A stretch of DNA of 25,847 bases from Woeseia sp. (GTDB lineage Bacteria > Pseudomonadota > Gammaproteobacteria > Steroidobacterales > Woeseiaceae), in the NCBI GenBank assembly GCA_003229095.1, contig QIHS01000091.1, positions 1-25,847 on the forward strand. The letters are read 5' to 3'. Positions 25,788-25,847 of this stretch are shown one piece after another. Position 1 is the stretch's first letter, and each line of letters begins with the position of its first letter. The notes under the pieces were generated by a model, which saw only the letters and a program-made list of their open reading frames with translations, had not been told where the DNA came from and searched no databases. The translations under genes and the position numbers were made by a program.

Positions 25788-25847
25788 AACACAGAATATC
25801 TGACAATCAAGCTGCCTGAGTGACCTCGCCCGGGCAGGCGGAGAAAA

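Noticed and set aside
25779-25803. Direct repeat AATATCTGA x2 around the last stop codon
   Set aside because: A 9-bp duplication with no mobile-element context could be chance or a trivial local duplication.

Overview
This 25.8 kb window is from a GC-rich Gammaproteobacterium. The gene set and order suggest a Woeseiaceae/Steroidobacterales/Xanthomonadales-like lineage, which is inference only. It has four blocks. (1) 1-8018 is metabolic: a 5'-truncated hypothetical protein, DUF2461, Leu/Phe/Val dehydrogenase, a secreted Cys-type arylsulfatase, and acetoacetate-CoA ligase / acyl-CoA thioesterase / glpK. (2) 8044-15450 (minus strand) is a complete his operon (hisG-D-C-B-H-A-F-IE). It is led by a TrpR-like (YerC/YecD, 'HisR') repressor with a TrpR-type GTACT-N8-AGTAC operator over a sigma70 promoter. 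hisF has no canonical start codon and appears to start at ATT behind a perfect SD. (3) 15767-17949 is a coupled pair: a Ser/Thr kinase with four C-terminal zinc ribbons and a PP2C phosphatase. (4) 18250-25787 is an uncharacterised envelope-spanning cluster and the best candidate for an undescribed system: a Gly-repeat lipoprotein, a second lipoprotein, a membrane Ser/Thr kinase with a large periplasmic helical domain, an FHA-like/TM/5xPEGA/non-catalytic FGE-fold protein, and a small, very acidic secreted protein. The cluster probably continues past the window end. I saw no rRNA, tRNA, CRISPR array or mobile element.
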